From: Candidatus Bathyarchaeota archaeon
GTDB taxonomy: Archaea; Thermoproteota; Bathyarchaeia; Bathyarchaeales; Bathycorpusculaceae
Assembly: GCA_963811105.1 (NCBI GenBank)
Contig: CAWEPZ010000011.1
Span: 192,001 to 256,000 of the forward strand
DNA length: 64,000 bases
Direction of reading: 5' to 3'
This document shows, piece after piece, positions 19,952 through 29,839 of the stretch; position 1 is the first letter of the stretch, and each line of letters opens with the position of its first letter. Below the pieces are notes generated by a model. The model had not been told where the DNA came from, did no database searches, and saw nothing but the letters and a program-made list of their open reading frames with translations. The position numbers were made by a program, and so were the translations under genes.

Positions 19952-21232
19952 TTATAATTTATCGCTTGCTGAAATATCCATCATCATAAGTCCAGAAACC
20001 ATTTTGGGGTAGAAATCCGTACTTTTCTCAGGCAAGAGTTCATGCTGCTGTGCAATTTCCACAACTGTTCTCGCGTTAACCGGATTAACAAGAAAAGCAA
20101 TGCTGGCTTCGCCGCGATTAACTTTATCAACTGCTTCTTTTGTCCAGCGGGCGTAAAGGATTGTATCATCAAGGTTTAGTTCGCCTGTTTTTAAGACAAA
20201 TTTGAAGACGATATCGCGTAGAATTACCACATCGAAGGTTTTTGTTTCTTTTGACACGTTCTCATTTATGAAGTCGAAGACTACTTTGTCATGTTTAAGA
20301 GTTAAACCGTAAGCTTTCGAGCCATCATAAACGCAGAATGCATGCTGGTTGACGCGGCTTTTTAGGTAGTTTTCTAAAGCCTCTGCGGTCTTATTTTTTA
20401 TTTCTGTTAAATCAAAGAAGCGTCTGAGCTCTTGCACAACTTCAGGTGTGAGTTTGAATCCTTTCAACAGCCTATGCGTGGGCAAAACCACTAAACCTTC
20501 CTCTTCAACAGGCACCATGTAGCTCATGTGAAAATTAAACGCTGAACCCTCTGTCCAGTCGCCTTGATTGCGCATTTCATTTCGATACTCCAAGGCGCTC
20601 TCGTAACGGTGATGTCCGTCCGTAATCACCATGCTTTTGTCTGCAAATTCAGCTTGAAGTTGCCGAATTTTCTCTGGGTCAACAACCCGCCACACTGTAT
20701 GGGTAACGTTTAGTGAATCTGTAACTTGTAGTGACGGCTTTGCCTTAGCTGCATCCTGCAGAAAAGCAATGGTTTTGCGTTCTGAATCGGAGTAAATTAA
20801 GAATACAGGCTCAAGGTCTTTTTGGACTGCGCGCAACATGTTGAGGCGGTCTGCTTTGGGTGCTTTGTAGGTGCCTTCATGGGGAAACACCATGTTTTCG
20901 TCATAATTGTAGAGGCGCAGGGCAGCAATTACGCCCGTGCGCTCGTGTTTTTTGCCTTCCAATATGAATTCTTGGCGTGAAATAAAAATCGCTGGCTCCG
21001 TATCCTTTAGCATTATGCCTTCTTCTAGCCATTGCTTGATACGTTGCTTTGCCATTTCATACTTGTTTGTCTCAATGGGCAAGATTAGTCTGCAGTAGTT
21101 GTAGGGTGATTTATGGTAGTATTCCTTCTGCAATTCAGAATCTATTTTGTCATATGGCTGCGTTATGAGCTTTTCAGGGTCGCCAGCTTTCTTAGTGTAA
21201 CGTATGGCTTTGAAGGGTCTAATGTCAACCAA
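19952..21232 (-). CDS. DUF1015 family protein
   Basis: DIRPFKAIRY, QPYDKI, FPHEGT, ITDGHHRYE, LPTHRL, KSTDFYPK; TTG start at 21232 preferred. Confidence 0.88.
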   Translation of the reverse strand: MVDIRPFKAIRYTKKAGDPEKLITQPYDKIDSELQKEYYHKSPYNYCRLILPIETNKYEMAKQRIKQWLEEGIMLKDTEPAIFISRQEFILEGKKHERTGVIAALRLYNYDENMVFPHEGTYKAPKADRLNMLRAVQKDLEPVFLIYSDSERKTIAFLQDAAKAKPSLQVTDSLNVTHTVWRVVDPEKIRQLQAEFADKSMVITDGHHRYESALEYRNEMRNQGDWTEGSAFNFHMSYMVPVEEEGLVVLPTHRLLKGFKLTPEVVQELRRFFDLTEIKNKTAEALENYLKSRVNQHAFCVYDGSKAYGLTLKHDKVVFDFINENVSKETKTFDVVILRDIVFKFVLKTGELNLDDTILYARWTKEAVDKVNRGEASIAFLVNPVNARTVVEIAQQHELLPEKSTDFYPKMVSGLMMMDISASDKL

Positions 21233-21242
21233 ATGTTTCAGC

Positions 21243-22142
21243 TCACACAACTTTTTCCAACGCAGCAATAACTGCCTTTGCTACTTGAACACTGGCTTTT
21301 AGTTGAGCCTCGTACGTTTGAGCTCCCATATGGGGTGTCGCGATCACGTTGTTTAGCTTAAGTAATTTGCTATCGTTGGGCGGCTCCTCCTCAAAAACAT
21401 CTAACGCGGCACCCTTCACTTTCCCAACTGTTAGGGCATTATAGAGGGCTTCTTGATCCACTACTCCGCCGCGGGAGCAATCAACCAGCATGACACCATC
21501 TTTCATTAGGTTGAATTGTTTTGTTGAAATCAAATGGTAAGTGTGTGGCGTCAGGGGTACGTGTATGGTGATGTAGTCTGCTTGCGGAAGCATCTCATCC
21601 AGAGGTACAAAGCGGTCAAAAACGCATTCTTCAACAGGCAATACCTTCATGCCCAATGATATGGCTAGGCGCTCAACTGTTTTGCCTATGTAGCCGCAGC
21701 CGATTATGCCTAGGGTTTTGCCGTTGACTTCTGTGCCGATTAAGTCTTCCTTTTCCCATTTTCCTTCCCGCATGCTTATGGTCCCTTGTACGATGTTTCT
21801 TGAAAGCGCCAGCAGGTAGCCTATTGTTAATTCTGCAACGCTCATGTAGGAGACATGCGGAGTGTTAATGAGGGTGATGCCAAGGCGTCTAGCTTTTTCG
21901 AAGTCAATATTATCTAAACCCTCACCTGCTCGCCCTATAACTTTGAGCTTTTTGGCGTTATCTAAGAGTGCCCCTTTGACTTTGGTGGCTGACCGCACAA
22001 TCAAAACGTCGTAGTCGCCGATGATTTTGGGAAGCTCCGCTTTTGGCTTATCCCAAGCTTCAGTGACATGGTAGCCTTTCTTCTCAAGAATTTTTATGCC
22101 TTCATCGAATATTTTGTCACTTATGAGGATTTTGTAGGTCAC
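21243..22142 (-). CDS. serA: D-3-phosphoglycerate dehydrogenase-like 2-hydroxyacid dehydrogenase
   Basis: LIVRSATKV, GRAGEGLDNID, GIIGCGYIG, HVPLT, DVFEEEP, TPHMGAQT; GTG overlaps the upstream TGA. Confidence 0.85.
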   Translation of the reverse strand: MTYKILISDKIFDEGIKILEKKGYHVTEAWDKPKAELPKIIGDYDVLIVRSATKVKGALLDNAKKLKVIGRAGEGLDNIDFEKARRLGITLINTPHVSYMSVAELTIGYLLALSRNIVQGTISMREGKWEKEDLIGTEVNGKTLGIIGCGYIGKTVERLAISLGMKVLPVEECVFDRFVPLDEMLPQADYITIHVPLTPHTYHLISTKQFNLMKDGVMLVDCSRGGVVDQEALYNALTVGKVKGAALDVFEEEPPNDSKLLKLNNVIATPHMGAQTYEAQLKASVQVAKAVIAALEKVV

Positions 22143-23215
22143 TTTAATCCCCAAATATCATCAATTAATTGTGTAACTGTCTTGATTCCTGAAACATTCC
22201 ATTCGCCCATATGTCCAATGCGGAAGGTTTTCTCAGCTATTTTACCATAACCGCCCGAAATTAAGTAGCCTTTTTCGCCCAATTTCTGATTTAGTTCTTT
22301 GACGTTTTTGCCTAACGTGTTTTGTATGCAGCTCACTGTTATTGACTCATAACCTGGTTCTGAGAACATTGCGAAATGCTTCTTTGCCCACTGCTGAGTA
22401 TACTCTGCCATATCTAAATGCCGTCTGTAGACGCCGTCATAGGTTTCCTCTAGCAGAAGATCAATGCGTTTGTTTAGGGCATATAGTAGCGGTATGCATG
22501 GTGTAAAGGGTGTTTGGTGCTTCTTTTCGAATTCGAAGATTTCAACCATGTCAGTGTACCCGCCTCTGTTAGGCACCTGTTTAGCCCTCTCAATTGCTCG
22601 CTCATTAACAAGTGCAATAGCTAAGCCTGGTGGCAGCGCGAAGCATTTTTGGGTTGAGCCGAAAATTATGTCGCAGTCAATTTCTGATGGGATAAGCTTG
22701 TCGCCTCCTAATGAGGAAACAGCATCAACGCAAAAAATAACTTCTGGGTGTTTTTTTTTGACTAATTTGCCGATTTCTGCCACTGGACTTCGCACGCCAG
22801 TGGAGGTTTCGTTTTGGCAAACCAGCAAAGTGTCGTATTCGTCATTGTCTAGTTTTTCAGCAACTATCTCTGGTTTAACAGCTTTACTCCATTCAAAGTT
22901 TAAAACATCTGTTTCCTTGCCGCATGCTTTTATGGTGTCAGCTGCTCTCTGTGCAAAAGCGCCGTTGACGCATGCTAAAGCCTTCTGTTTAACAACGCTG
23001 CGGCCAATAATGTCAAACCATAATGTACCCGAACTGGTGGTTATAGCGGGTTTAGTGTCGGCTTGCAACTCGAAATACATCGTGAGTTTATCGGTTATTC
23101 CACCATAGAGTTCAGAGAATTCCTTTTCTCTGTGACCTATCAATGGGTGGGTTTGCTCGTTGAGCATCTCTTGGCTGACTTCGGTTGGGCCAGGAATCAA
23201 GAGTTTCTTGTGCAT
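22139..23215 (-). CDS. Class V PLP aminotransferase (phosphoserine / serine-pyruvate aminotransferase-like)
   Basis: LLIPGPT, GHR, NETSTGV, VDAVSS, STQKCFALPPG, FRIGHMG. Confidence 0.9.
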   Translation of the reverse strand: MHKKLLIPGPTEVSQEMLNEQTHPLIGHREKEFSELYGGITDKLTMYFELQADTKPAITTSSGTLWFDIIGRSVVKQKALACVNGAFAQRAADTIKACGKETDVLNFEWSKAVKPEIVAEKLDNDEYDTLLVCQNETSTGVRSPVAEIGKLVKKKHPEVIFCVDAVSSLGGDKLIPSEIDCDIIFGSTQKCFALPPGLAIALVNERAIERAKQVPNRGGYTDMVEIFEFEKKHQTPFTPCIPLLYALNKRIDLLLEETYDGVYRRHLDMAEYTQQWAKKHFAMFSEPGYESITVSCIQNTLGKNVKELNQKLGEKGYLISGGYGKIAEKTFRIGHMGEWNVSGIKTVTQLIDDIWGLK

Positions 23216-23507
23216 ACCTAAACCTTCCAGCAAGAAGGTTAAACAATTAAAATATAAGGGTTATGCGCAAAAAAAAGTGTCTTTTTGTCTTCTACAGGGA
23301 AAAAATCTTTTACTAGGCGGGCAGACATGTCAATGCCATTTGTCTTGATGAAGGCTTATCTTGAGGAAGTAAAAAATCTCGAAAAAAAGTTAATTGACTT
23401 TATGAAAAAGTTGAAATTTTCACTATTTTATTTTCAATTATCCATTTTTGGAATATATCAAGAATCGTAATCTACTTTTTTAAATATTCACAGCAGCTCA
23501 CTATTCA

Positions 23508-23876
23508 ATGGAGAAAGAAGAAGGCTTTCATTTGATTAAGACAGAGGTCATTCTAAGTTTTCTGCTTGTGCTTATGGGAACAATAGACTGCTTTACTACA
23601 GTTCTAGGCGTATTATACTCGGGCGCTTCCGAGTTAAACCCATTCATGGCACGCATAGTTAGCACAAACATTGGAGCTTTTCTAGCAGTCAAAATCTTGG
23701 CGACAGCACTCATAGCATTAACTTATGTTATTGCAAATAAGACGTTAATGAAAACCCAAAACAAAACTACCGAATCTTTCAAGATCTCCTACAAATTACT
23801 TAAAGTTGGCTACGGCGGCATCATCGCATTTCTTAGTATAGTTGTAGCAAACAATCTGATTATTTTGTTAACATAA
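23508..23876 (+). CDS. DUF5658-like small membrane protein
   Basis: D..TT..G...GASELNPFM motif; C-terminal VVANNL. Confidence 0.75.
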   Translation: MEKEEGFHLIKTEVILSFLLVLMGTIDCFTTVLGVLYSGASELNPFMARIVSTNIGAFLAVKILATALIALTYVIANKTLMKTQNKTTESFKISYKLLKVGYGGIIAFLSIVVANNLIILLT

Positions 23877-24042
23877 GAATCAAAAATCTGCATGTTTGTT
23901 ACTAATTCAATATCCTGATGCGCTATCTTCGCTTAGCAATGATAATAAAATATTTAAGCTCCTTACAACTAGATTGACACATGGAGAATTAAGAAACGCT
24001 TAACTGTTCCAACCCATAATACAATCAGGTCGAGAGAGGAAA

Positions 24043-24588
24043 ATGAAATTCGCTTTATTCCGCAAACCCAAAAAGCAACCCGAACCCGAAAAATCAGCTG
24101 AGTCTAAAGAAGGGCCAAAAGCAGACACCGCAGTTGCCCCTGAAGAATCAAAAATGGAAACAACCGCAACCCAACAAGAACCGACCTCAGCAGCAGAAAC
24201 TCAACCAAAGCCTGAACCAGCAATAGTGACAACACAAGAAACCGCTATGCCACCAGTAAAGCAGAAACTAGAAGCAGTTGAGTCAACAAGCAAAACTTAC
24301 CTCAAAGCGATGCCTCTTAAAGAATTAACCGATATAGAAAATGTTAAAAACGAAGTTAGAAACGGTAACATCATTATTTTGCGAGTTACTCCTCTTGCAA
24401 CCAAAAACATAGAGGAAGTAAAAAACGCGGTGAACCAACTCTATGAATTTGCTGAATCAAGTGGCGGAGACATTGCACGTTTAGGTGAAGAGCGAGTCGT
24501 TATCTGTCCGAAAAATATTAGGATTTGGAGAGAGAAGACGATAGCTCAAAATGATTCTTTACCTACAACTGCGCCTACAGCAGCCTAA
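24043..24588 (+). CDS. sepF: Cell division protein SepF with long low-complexity N-terminus
   Basis: EVRNGNIIIL, GGDIARLGEERVVICP. Confidence 0.85.
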   Translation: MKFALFRKPKKQPEPEKSAESKEGPKADTAVAPEESKMETTATQQEPTSAAETQPKPEPAIVTTQETAMPPVKQKLEAVESTSKTYLKAMPLKELTDIENVKNEVRNGNIIILRVTPLATKNIEEVKNAVNQLYEFAESSGGDIARLGEERVVICPKNIRIWREKTIAQNDSLPTTAPTAA

Positions 24589-26500
24589 AAGTTTCTAATA
24601 TTGCTGGAACAACTGTGTTTATACCTGCTTTGTTGTCTAAATAGTTAGCGAAGGTCATGGTTTTCTGTTTTTCACCATGGACAACAAAGATGCGTTCAGG
24701 TTTAGGTGTCAAATGCGTTAGGTAATTAACAAGTTGTCGCCTGTCTGAGTGCCCGGAAAAGCCTTCGATTGACTCATTTTGCATCTTGACTGAGAGTGCC
24801 GCCATTTTGCCTTCATTATCCATCATTGTGACTTCACCTACGCCTTTCTGCACGCGTTTACCCATGGTACCTTCAATTTGGTAGCTCACAAAGATTATGG
24901 TGTTTCTCTCATCGCTTGCCCAGCTTTTGAAGTACTCTATTACTGGTCCACCTTCAAGCATACCTGATGTGGCAAGGACGATGCATGGTTCTCCTTCAAT
25001 GATACTTTGCCTAACGCTGGGATGCTCCACGATAGTGAAGTAATCGCTTTGGAACGGGTTGATTCCTTCATGCAAGATACTGTGGCGAACTTCTCTACCC
25101 AGATATTCTGGGTAAGCGGTGTGGATGGCTGTTGCTTCGCTAATCATGCCTTCGATGAATACTGGTGCTTCCTTCATTAAACCGCGTTTCATATAGCCAT
25201 CGATTATGAGCATGATTTCTTGGGCCCTACCTACTGCGGGCACTGGAATTAGGACTTTGCCTTTTCGCTCTAAAGTCTGGTTTATTACGCGGGTCATAGC
25301 TTCTTCAGCTTCAATTCGGGAAGGCATAACATCATCCGAGCCACCATATGTGCTTTCTGTGATCACTGTTTCAATTCGTGGAAACTCGGTCGTAGCAGCT
25401 TCGAGCAGCATGGTTCGGGCAAACTTGTAGTCGCTTGTGTAAACAATGTTATGTAAGCCTTCGCCAATATGCAAGTGCACCATTGCGCCCCCTAAAATGT
25501 GTCCGGAATTATGAAGCGTTAAACGAATGTCAGGTGCAATGTCGGTAACTACACCATACCTTAGAGGGATTGTATGCAAAACACATTCGCGAACATCCTT
25601 TTGATCGTAGTAAGGTGTAACGCCCTGTTTTCCGGCCACATCTAAATAATCCAATTGAAGCATAGTCATCAAATTGGATGTTGGTGCCGTACAGTAAATT
25701 GGTCCATCATAACCATACTTGTATAGGAACGGCGCTAAACCGCAATGATCAAGGTGAGCATGACTAATAACAACGGCATCTAAAGAATCAATTTGGAACT
25801 CTGGACAATCGAAACGTGGAAACGACTCAAAAGGCCTGTTTGAACCAGGATTAATACCGCAATCCAACAATACGCTGCTTTCTCGAGTCTTAACAAGGAA
25901 TGCTGAACGTCCAACCTCTTGTGCTCCACCAAGAACTGTCATGCGTATGTCGCCAACATCGTAGCTTTTTGGTCTAAAGATTCTCTCGCCCACAGTTCGA
26001 AGGATACGTTCTCTCTCTTTACTTTCCGAATGTAGGTAATGACGCATATGAGTAACAATTTTGGACTTAATCGGAGGGCTACGTAGAACATGAGGGCGCC
26101 ACTTGGTTTTTTTTATTATTTCTTGTAAAACGGCTCCATTTCGTCCGATGACTAAACCTGGTTTTTTAGTTTCAATTATTATTTCGCCGAGACTTGGGTC
26201 AAAGTTTATGTCGGTAATTTCTGCTTCAGCAGGGATTATTTCTCGGGCGACTTTTTCAGCCTCGACTTCGGGCATTCTGACTGAGGGGTCGGGGCGTATG
26301 ACGATTCTTTTTCGGATTACACCAACGATTTCTGCCACTATGCCGCTTTGTTCAACTAAAATCTCTGGCTTCTTAGTGTAAACAGCGAGCATTGGTCCTT
26401 CATATTCAATTCTTGTAACCTCTGCTTCTCTGGGTACTTTCTGCAAAATGAATTGAGTAATTTCTATCTTATCTTTCTCTTTCTCTTGACTTCTCGCCAC
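24575..26500 (-). CDS. Beta-CASP ribonuclease aCPSF1 (FttA)
   Basis: N-terminal KH domains (EYEGP, KPGLVIG), LGGAQEVGRS, SHAHLDH, GFSGHSD. Confidence 0.96.
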   Translation of the reverse strand: MARSQEKEKDKIEITQFILQKVPREAEVTRIEYEGPMLAVYTKKPEILVEQSGIVAEIVGVIRKRIVIRPDPSVRMPEVEAEKVAREIIPAEAEITDINFDPSLGEIIIETKKPGLVIGRNGAVLQEIIKKTKWRPHVLRSPPIKSKIVTHMRHYLHSESKERERILRTVGERIFRPKSYDVGDIRMTVLGGAQEVGRSAFLVKTRESSVLLDCGINPGSNRPFESFPRFDCPEFQIDSLDAVVISHAHLDHCGLAPFLYKYGYDGPIYCTAPTSNLMTMLQLDYLDVAGKQGVTPYYDQKDVRECVLHTIPLRYGVVTDIAPDIRLTLHNSGHILGGAMVHLHIGEGLHNIVYTSDYKFARTMLLEAATTEFPRIETVITESTYGGSDDVMPSRIEAEEAMTRVINQTLERKGKVLIPVPAVGRAQEIMLIIDGYMKRGLMKEAPVFIEGMISEATAIHTAYPEYLGREVRHSILHEGINPFQSDYFTIVEHPSVRQSIIEGEPCIVLATSGMLEGGPVIEYFKSWASDERNTIIFVSYQIEGTMGKRVQKGVGEVTMMDNEGKMAALSVKMQNESIEGFSGHSDRRQLVNYLTHLTPKPERIFVVHGEKQKTMTFANYLDNKAGINTVVPAILETFRLL

Positions 26501-26505
26501 AGTAT

Positions 26506-27150
26506 TTAACTTCCCACATTGAGGAGTTTGCTTTTTTCTTCAGCTGATAATTCCCGGTAACCTTTGTCGTCGATTACAATGATATTGTAACTGTTGCCGC
26601 TTGCTACATCACGTTTCATTGCTGCGTTAACAGCTTTTGCAATCGTTGGTAACGCCTCGGCAATAGTCATGTCTTCTCGGTAGTTATCCTCAAGAATACC
26701 GTAAGCAATCGGTGAACCAGAACCTGTTGAAACCGATTTCTCCTCATTTAGACTTCCAAATGGATCCAAATTGAAGACATGGGGGCCTGTTTCATCAACA
26801 CCGCCAACTAGAACCTGAGTTGCCAGAGGTATGTAGCGAGCGGAAAAAAGCAAGTTTGCAACGAGTCTTGCTGCTGAACTAACCGGCATTGGCCTGTTTA
26901 AATTTATTTTGTAGAGCTTCGCGTTAGCTGTGAGAATGTCAACTACGCGTTGTGCATCTGCCACAGTTCCAGCTATGGTCATGCCTAGATGGTCATCAAT
27001 CTGGTAGACTTTTTTCCCGAATTTGTGGGCAACGTAGAAACCCATGGTTACTCGTGTATCAGAAGCTAAAATCACGCCATCTTTGCAGACGACGCCAATC
27101 GTAGTTGTTCCTTTAAGTACTAATTGACTAGCTATATTATTTTGTGACAT
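26506..27150 (-). CDS. psmB: Proteasome subunit beta
   Basis: KG/TTTIGVV processing site, AGTVADAQ, TGSGS, RDVASG; conserved neighbour of aCPSF1. Confidence 0.96.
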   Translation of the reverse strand: MSQNNIASQLVLKGTTTIGVVCKDGVILASDTRVTMGFYVAHKFGKKVYQIDDHLGMTIAGTVADAQRVVDILTANAKLYKINLNRPMPVSSAARLVANLLFSARYIPLATQVLVGGVDETGPHVFNLDPFGSLNEEKSVSTGSGSPIAYGILEDNYREDMTIAEALPTIAKAVNAAMKRDVASGNSYNIIVIDDKGYRELSAEEKSKLLNVGS

Positions 27151-27829
27151 AGTCTTGATGCTCCCTAAAACTTCAATTGCGGAATGCCATCCACTAGGAA
27201 GTAGCATCATGATATCTTTCCGAGAGATTTATTAATATTTCGCCCAGTGGTTCTGGTAACTTCAGGATATTTCGCTCAGATGTATTTGTAGTTAACGGTA
27301 GTTAGATGAACTTTTATTTAAGCCGTACCCCCATAGAAAAGACTGAGAAAATCAAGCATTAAAGAATTATAAATTAGATCGTTTGAGCGTTATTTTGTTT
27401 TAAGTGGTCAAAGCTGTCAGCCTTTACTCGCGAGATTGGAGGACTGAGAGGAAAAAACTTCATACAACTTTAACCGATTCCTATTCAACCAAGTTAGCTT
27501 AAAAGTTTTGCCCCGAGTTGCTACTGTTGAGTCATTTGCGGTTGAGAGCCATAAAAAACAGAAAACTAGGCTTAAAAATATAGTTGATGTATTATCGTTA
27601 GGAATTACATTTCTTCAAACGATTTTTTCCGTTATTTGGTAAAAAAGCCCTTTTGTGCGATATTTGTCCCCTACCATTAGGACTAAAAACTAAAGACCGA
27701 TAAGGGCAATACCCAAAAATTGAAGAAGATAGCTGCTTCACAACAGTTAGCACAGGAAGTTTTGTCTTGCCAATTTGCAAAAAGTGCCTGGCGGTTGTAC
27801 ATTAGACGTTGGTTCAGAATTCTTTACTA

Positions 27830-27842
27830 AAGCTTTTTAGGG
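27830..27842 (+). promoter_or_regulatory. Putative BRE/TATA promoter of queT-queC
   Basis: AAGCTTTTTAGGG about 25-30 nt upstream of the structured leader. Confidence 0.45.
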
Positions 27843-27864
27843 AACTCTCGAATTTTAGAGGGCA

Positions 27865-27933
27865 ATCGGCGGGTGAGTGGAGTCTCCTACCCGTTCCGCC
27901 AACCAAAAATAAAACCCGGGAGTAGGGAGAAAA
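27865..27933 (+). promoter_or_regulatory. Candidate preQ0/preQ1-type riboswitch (SD-sequestering pseudoknot) in the 5' UTR of queT-queC
   Basis: P1 GGCGGG(27868-73)/TCCGCC(27895-900); loop segment TCTCCTAC pairs with GTAGGGAGA (27922-30, the SD); A-rich linker AAAAATAAAAC. Confidence 0.6.
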
Positions 27934-28437
27934 ATGAACTTAAATCTGCATACGAAAGATTTAGCTTTAATTGCGGTATATGCGGCGCTTTATGCAACGC
28001 TTGTTGTTGTTCTTGGAGGTATCTCTTATGGGCCTATTCAGGTTCGCGTTGCAGATTCAATGGTTGCCGCCGTTCCCTTACTCGGTATAGCTGGAGTTTT
28101 AGGTCACACATTTGGAGTATTCATTGGAAACATTTTCTCTTCAGCCGGTCCCATCGACCTTCTTAACACCATTCCATCTTTTGTCATGTCTTTTGTCGTC
28201 TACTATGTTTATGAACACTCTAAGAATAACTACAGTGTAATCGCAACTTGTGTAGCTTACTCAGTTGTCTTAGGCACAACGGTAGGATGGATGCTATCTT
28301 ACCTATACGGATTGCCACTACTGCTTACAATCGCTTACGTAGCGACAGGAAACGTCGTAGCAACTGTCTTGATTGGATGGCCCGTATTTATTGTTCTTAA
28401 AAGATCTGGGATTTTCGGAAAACAGTTTGGAAACTAA
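27934..28437 (+). CDS. queT: QueT-family 7-deazaguanine (preQ0/preQ1) transporter
   Basis: ALIAVYAALY, ISYGPIQVRVAD, GVFIGNIFS..GPID; directly upstream of queC. Confidence 0.88.
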   Translation: MNLNLHTKDLALIAVYAALYATLVVVLGGISYGPIQVRVADSMVAAVPLLGIAGVLGHTFGVFIGNIFSSAGPIDLLNTIPSFVMSFVVYYVYEHSKNNYSVIATCVAYSVVLGTTVGWMLSYLYGLPLLLTIAYVATGNVVATVLIGWPVFIVLKRSGIFGKQFGN

Positions 28438-28460
28438 TAAATAGAAAGGTAGGAAAACGT

Positions 28461-29117
28461 ATGAATCCAACAAAAAAATGCATCATTATTCTCAGCGGTG
28501 GTCCAGATTCAGCCGTAGTTGCGTACTGGGCAAAAAAAGAAGGCTATCAGTTGTTCCCTATAACTTTTAATTATGGCCAAATTGCCGTAAAAGAAACAGC
28601 GGCAGCACAAAAAATCGCAGAAAGCCTTGGTACTAAGACGAAAAACGTCGACCTGTCAGCTTTGAAAACAGTTTTCGGCAATGTAACCTCGCTCTGCAAC
28701 ACCAACATCCCCCTAACCTCTGAGTTCAGCCAACCCATAATTGTTCCTTTCAGAAATGCGATTTTCCTCTCAGTAGCGGTTTCTTATTCGGTTTCGGTTG
28801 GATCTGACAAGATTTTTTATGGCGCGCATGGCTCAGACGAACCTTTCTACCCTGACTGTAGACGAGAATTCTACGAAGCGTTTGAAAAAGCGGCAATGTT
28901 AGGTACAGGTGAGAGCATCAGTATCCAAGCTCCGTTCAGCGGCAAACGCAAATCCGACGTCATCAAGAAAGGCGCTGAACTCGGCGTCCCACTCGAGTTC
29001 ACTTGGTCCTGTTACCGTAATGCTGAGAAGCACTGTGGCATATGCGAGTCATGTGTGAACCGCAAAAAAGCCTTCCAAGAATCAGGCATACTAGATTTAA
29101 CAAATTATGAAGTATAG
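28461..29117 (+). CDS. queC: 7-cyano-7-deazaguanine (preQ0) synthase
   Basis: LSGGPDS, FNYGQ, VPFRNAIFLS, YPDCR, TWSCY...CGICESC..R. Confidence 0.95.
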   Translation: MNPTKKCIIILSGGPDSAVVAYWAKKEGYQLFPITFNYGQIAVKETAAAQKIAESLGTKTKNVDLSALKTVFGNVTSLCNTNIPLTSEFSQPIIVPFRNAIFLSVAVSYSVSVGSDKIFYGAHGSDEPFYPDCRREFYEAFEKAAMLGTGESISIQAPFSGKRKSDVIKKGAELGVPLEFTWSCYRNAEKHCGICESCVNRKKAFQESGILDLTNYEV

Positions 29118-29286
29118 TTTCAAGAGAAACGTGGGGCGGAAAAGCAGTGTTTTAGCTTTTCATTATGTCTAAGAATTAGAAGAGCAGAGCATCCAATTTA
29201 GGTTGAACATAACTAAAAATGAAACAAAATCTCTTTGATAATCAAATCTATCATAAAATTCATTTCTGATTTAGGAGCAAACGGTT

Positions 29287-29839
29287 ATGGATGTATATGA
29301 AGCACCCATTCATGAAAGACGCTCAATTCGAGCCTTCATAGACAAACCAGTTTTTAGAGAAAAGCTTGAAAAAATCCTTGAAGCAGGTAGACTGGCTCCC
29401 TCAGCCAGAATTTTGAGCTTTGGCATTTTGTTGCAATGAGGGATAGCGATAGTAGAAAAGTCCTCTCTAAAGGTCTATATGCAAAGTTCCTCACCCAAGT
29501 GCCGCTTGTAATTGTGACGTGCGGTGACAAAAAAGCCTCGCCTGACTGGTATGCAATGGAGGTAGCTTTAGCTGTTGAAAACATGATTTCAACTGCCGTT
29601 AGAGAAGAATTAGGCACCTGCTGCGTAGGAAGCTTCGGCGGAAAAGAAATCAAGGAACCATTAAAGCTCCTGAAAACTTTGAAGTGCTCTTACTTTTAGC
29701 GGTATGTTATGTAGGAGAAAAACTTGATTTATCAAGCAACCTTTTGAATCTTGTAAGTTCAAGAAAAAAGTTAGACGAAGTTGCCAACGAAGAAACATTT
29801 GGTGAGCCTTTAGTACTTCAAAAAGTTCCAGAGCTCTAA
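29287..29839 (+). pseudogene. Frameshifted nitroreductase
   Basis: MDVYEA / frameshift / [10 protein letters not shown]...[10 protein letters not shown] / frameshift / ...ALAVENMISTAVREELGTCCVGSF, with further breaks. Confidence 0.8.

Noticed and set aside
27240-27800. Long intergenic region with small ORF 27598..27780 and a weak hairpin near 27417-27447
   Set aside because: No convincing coding signal, C/D boxes or extended pairing.
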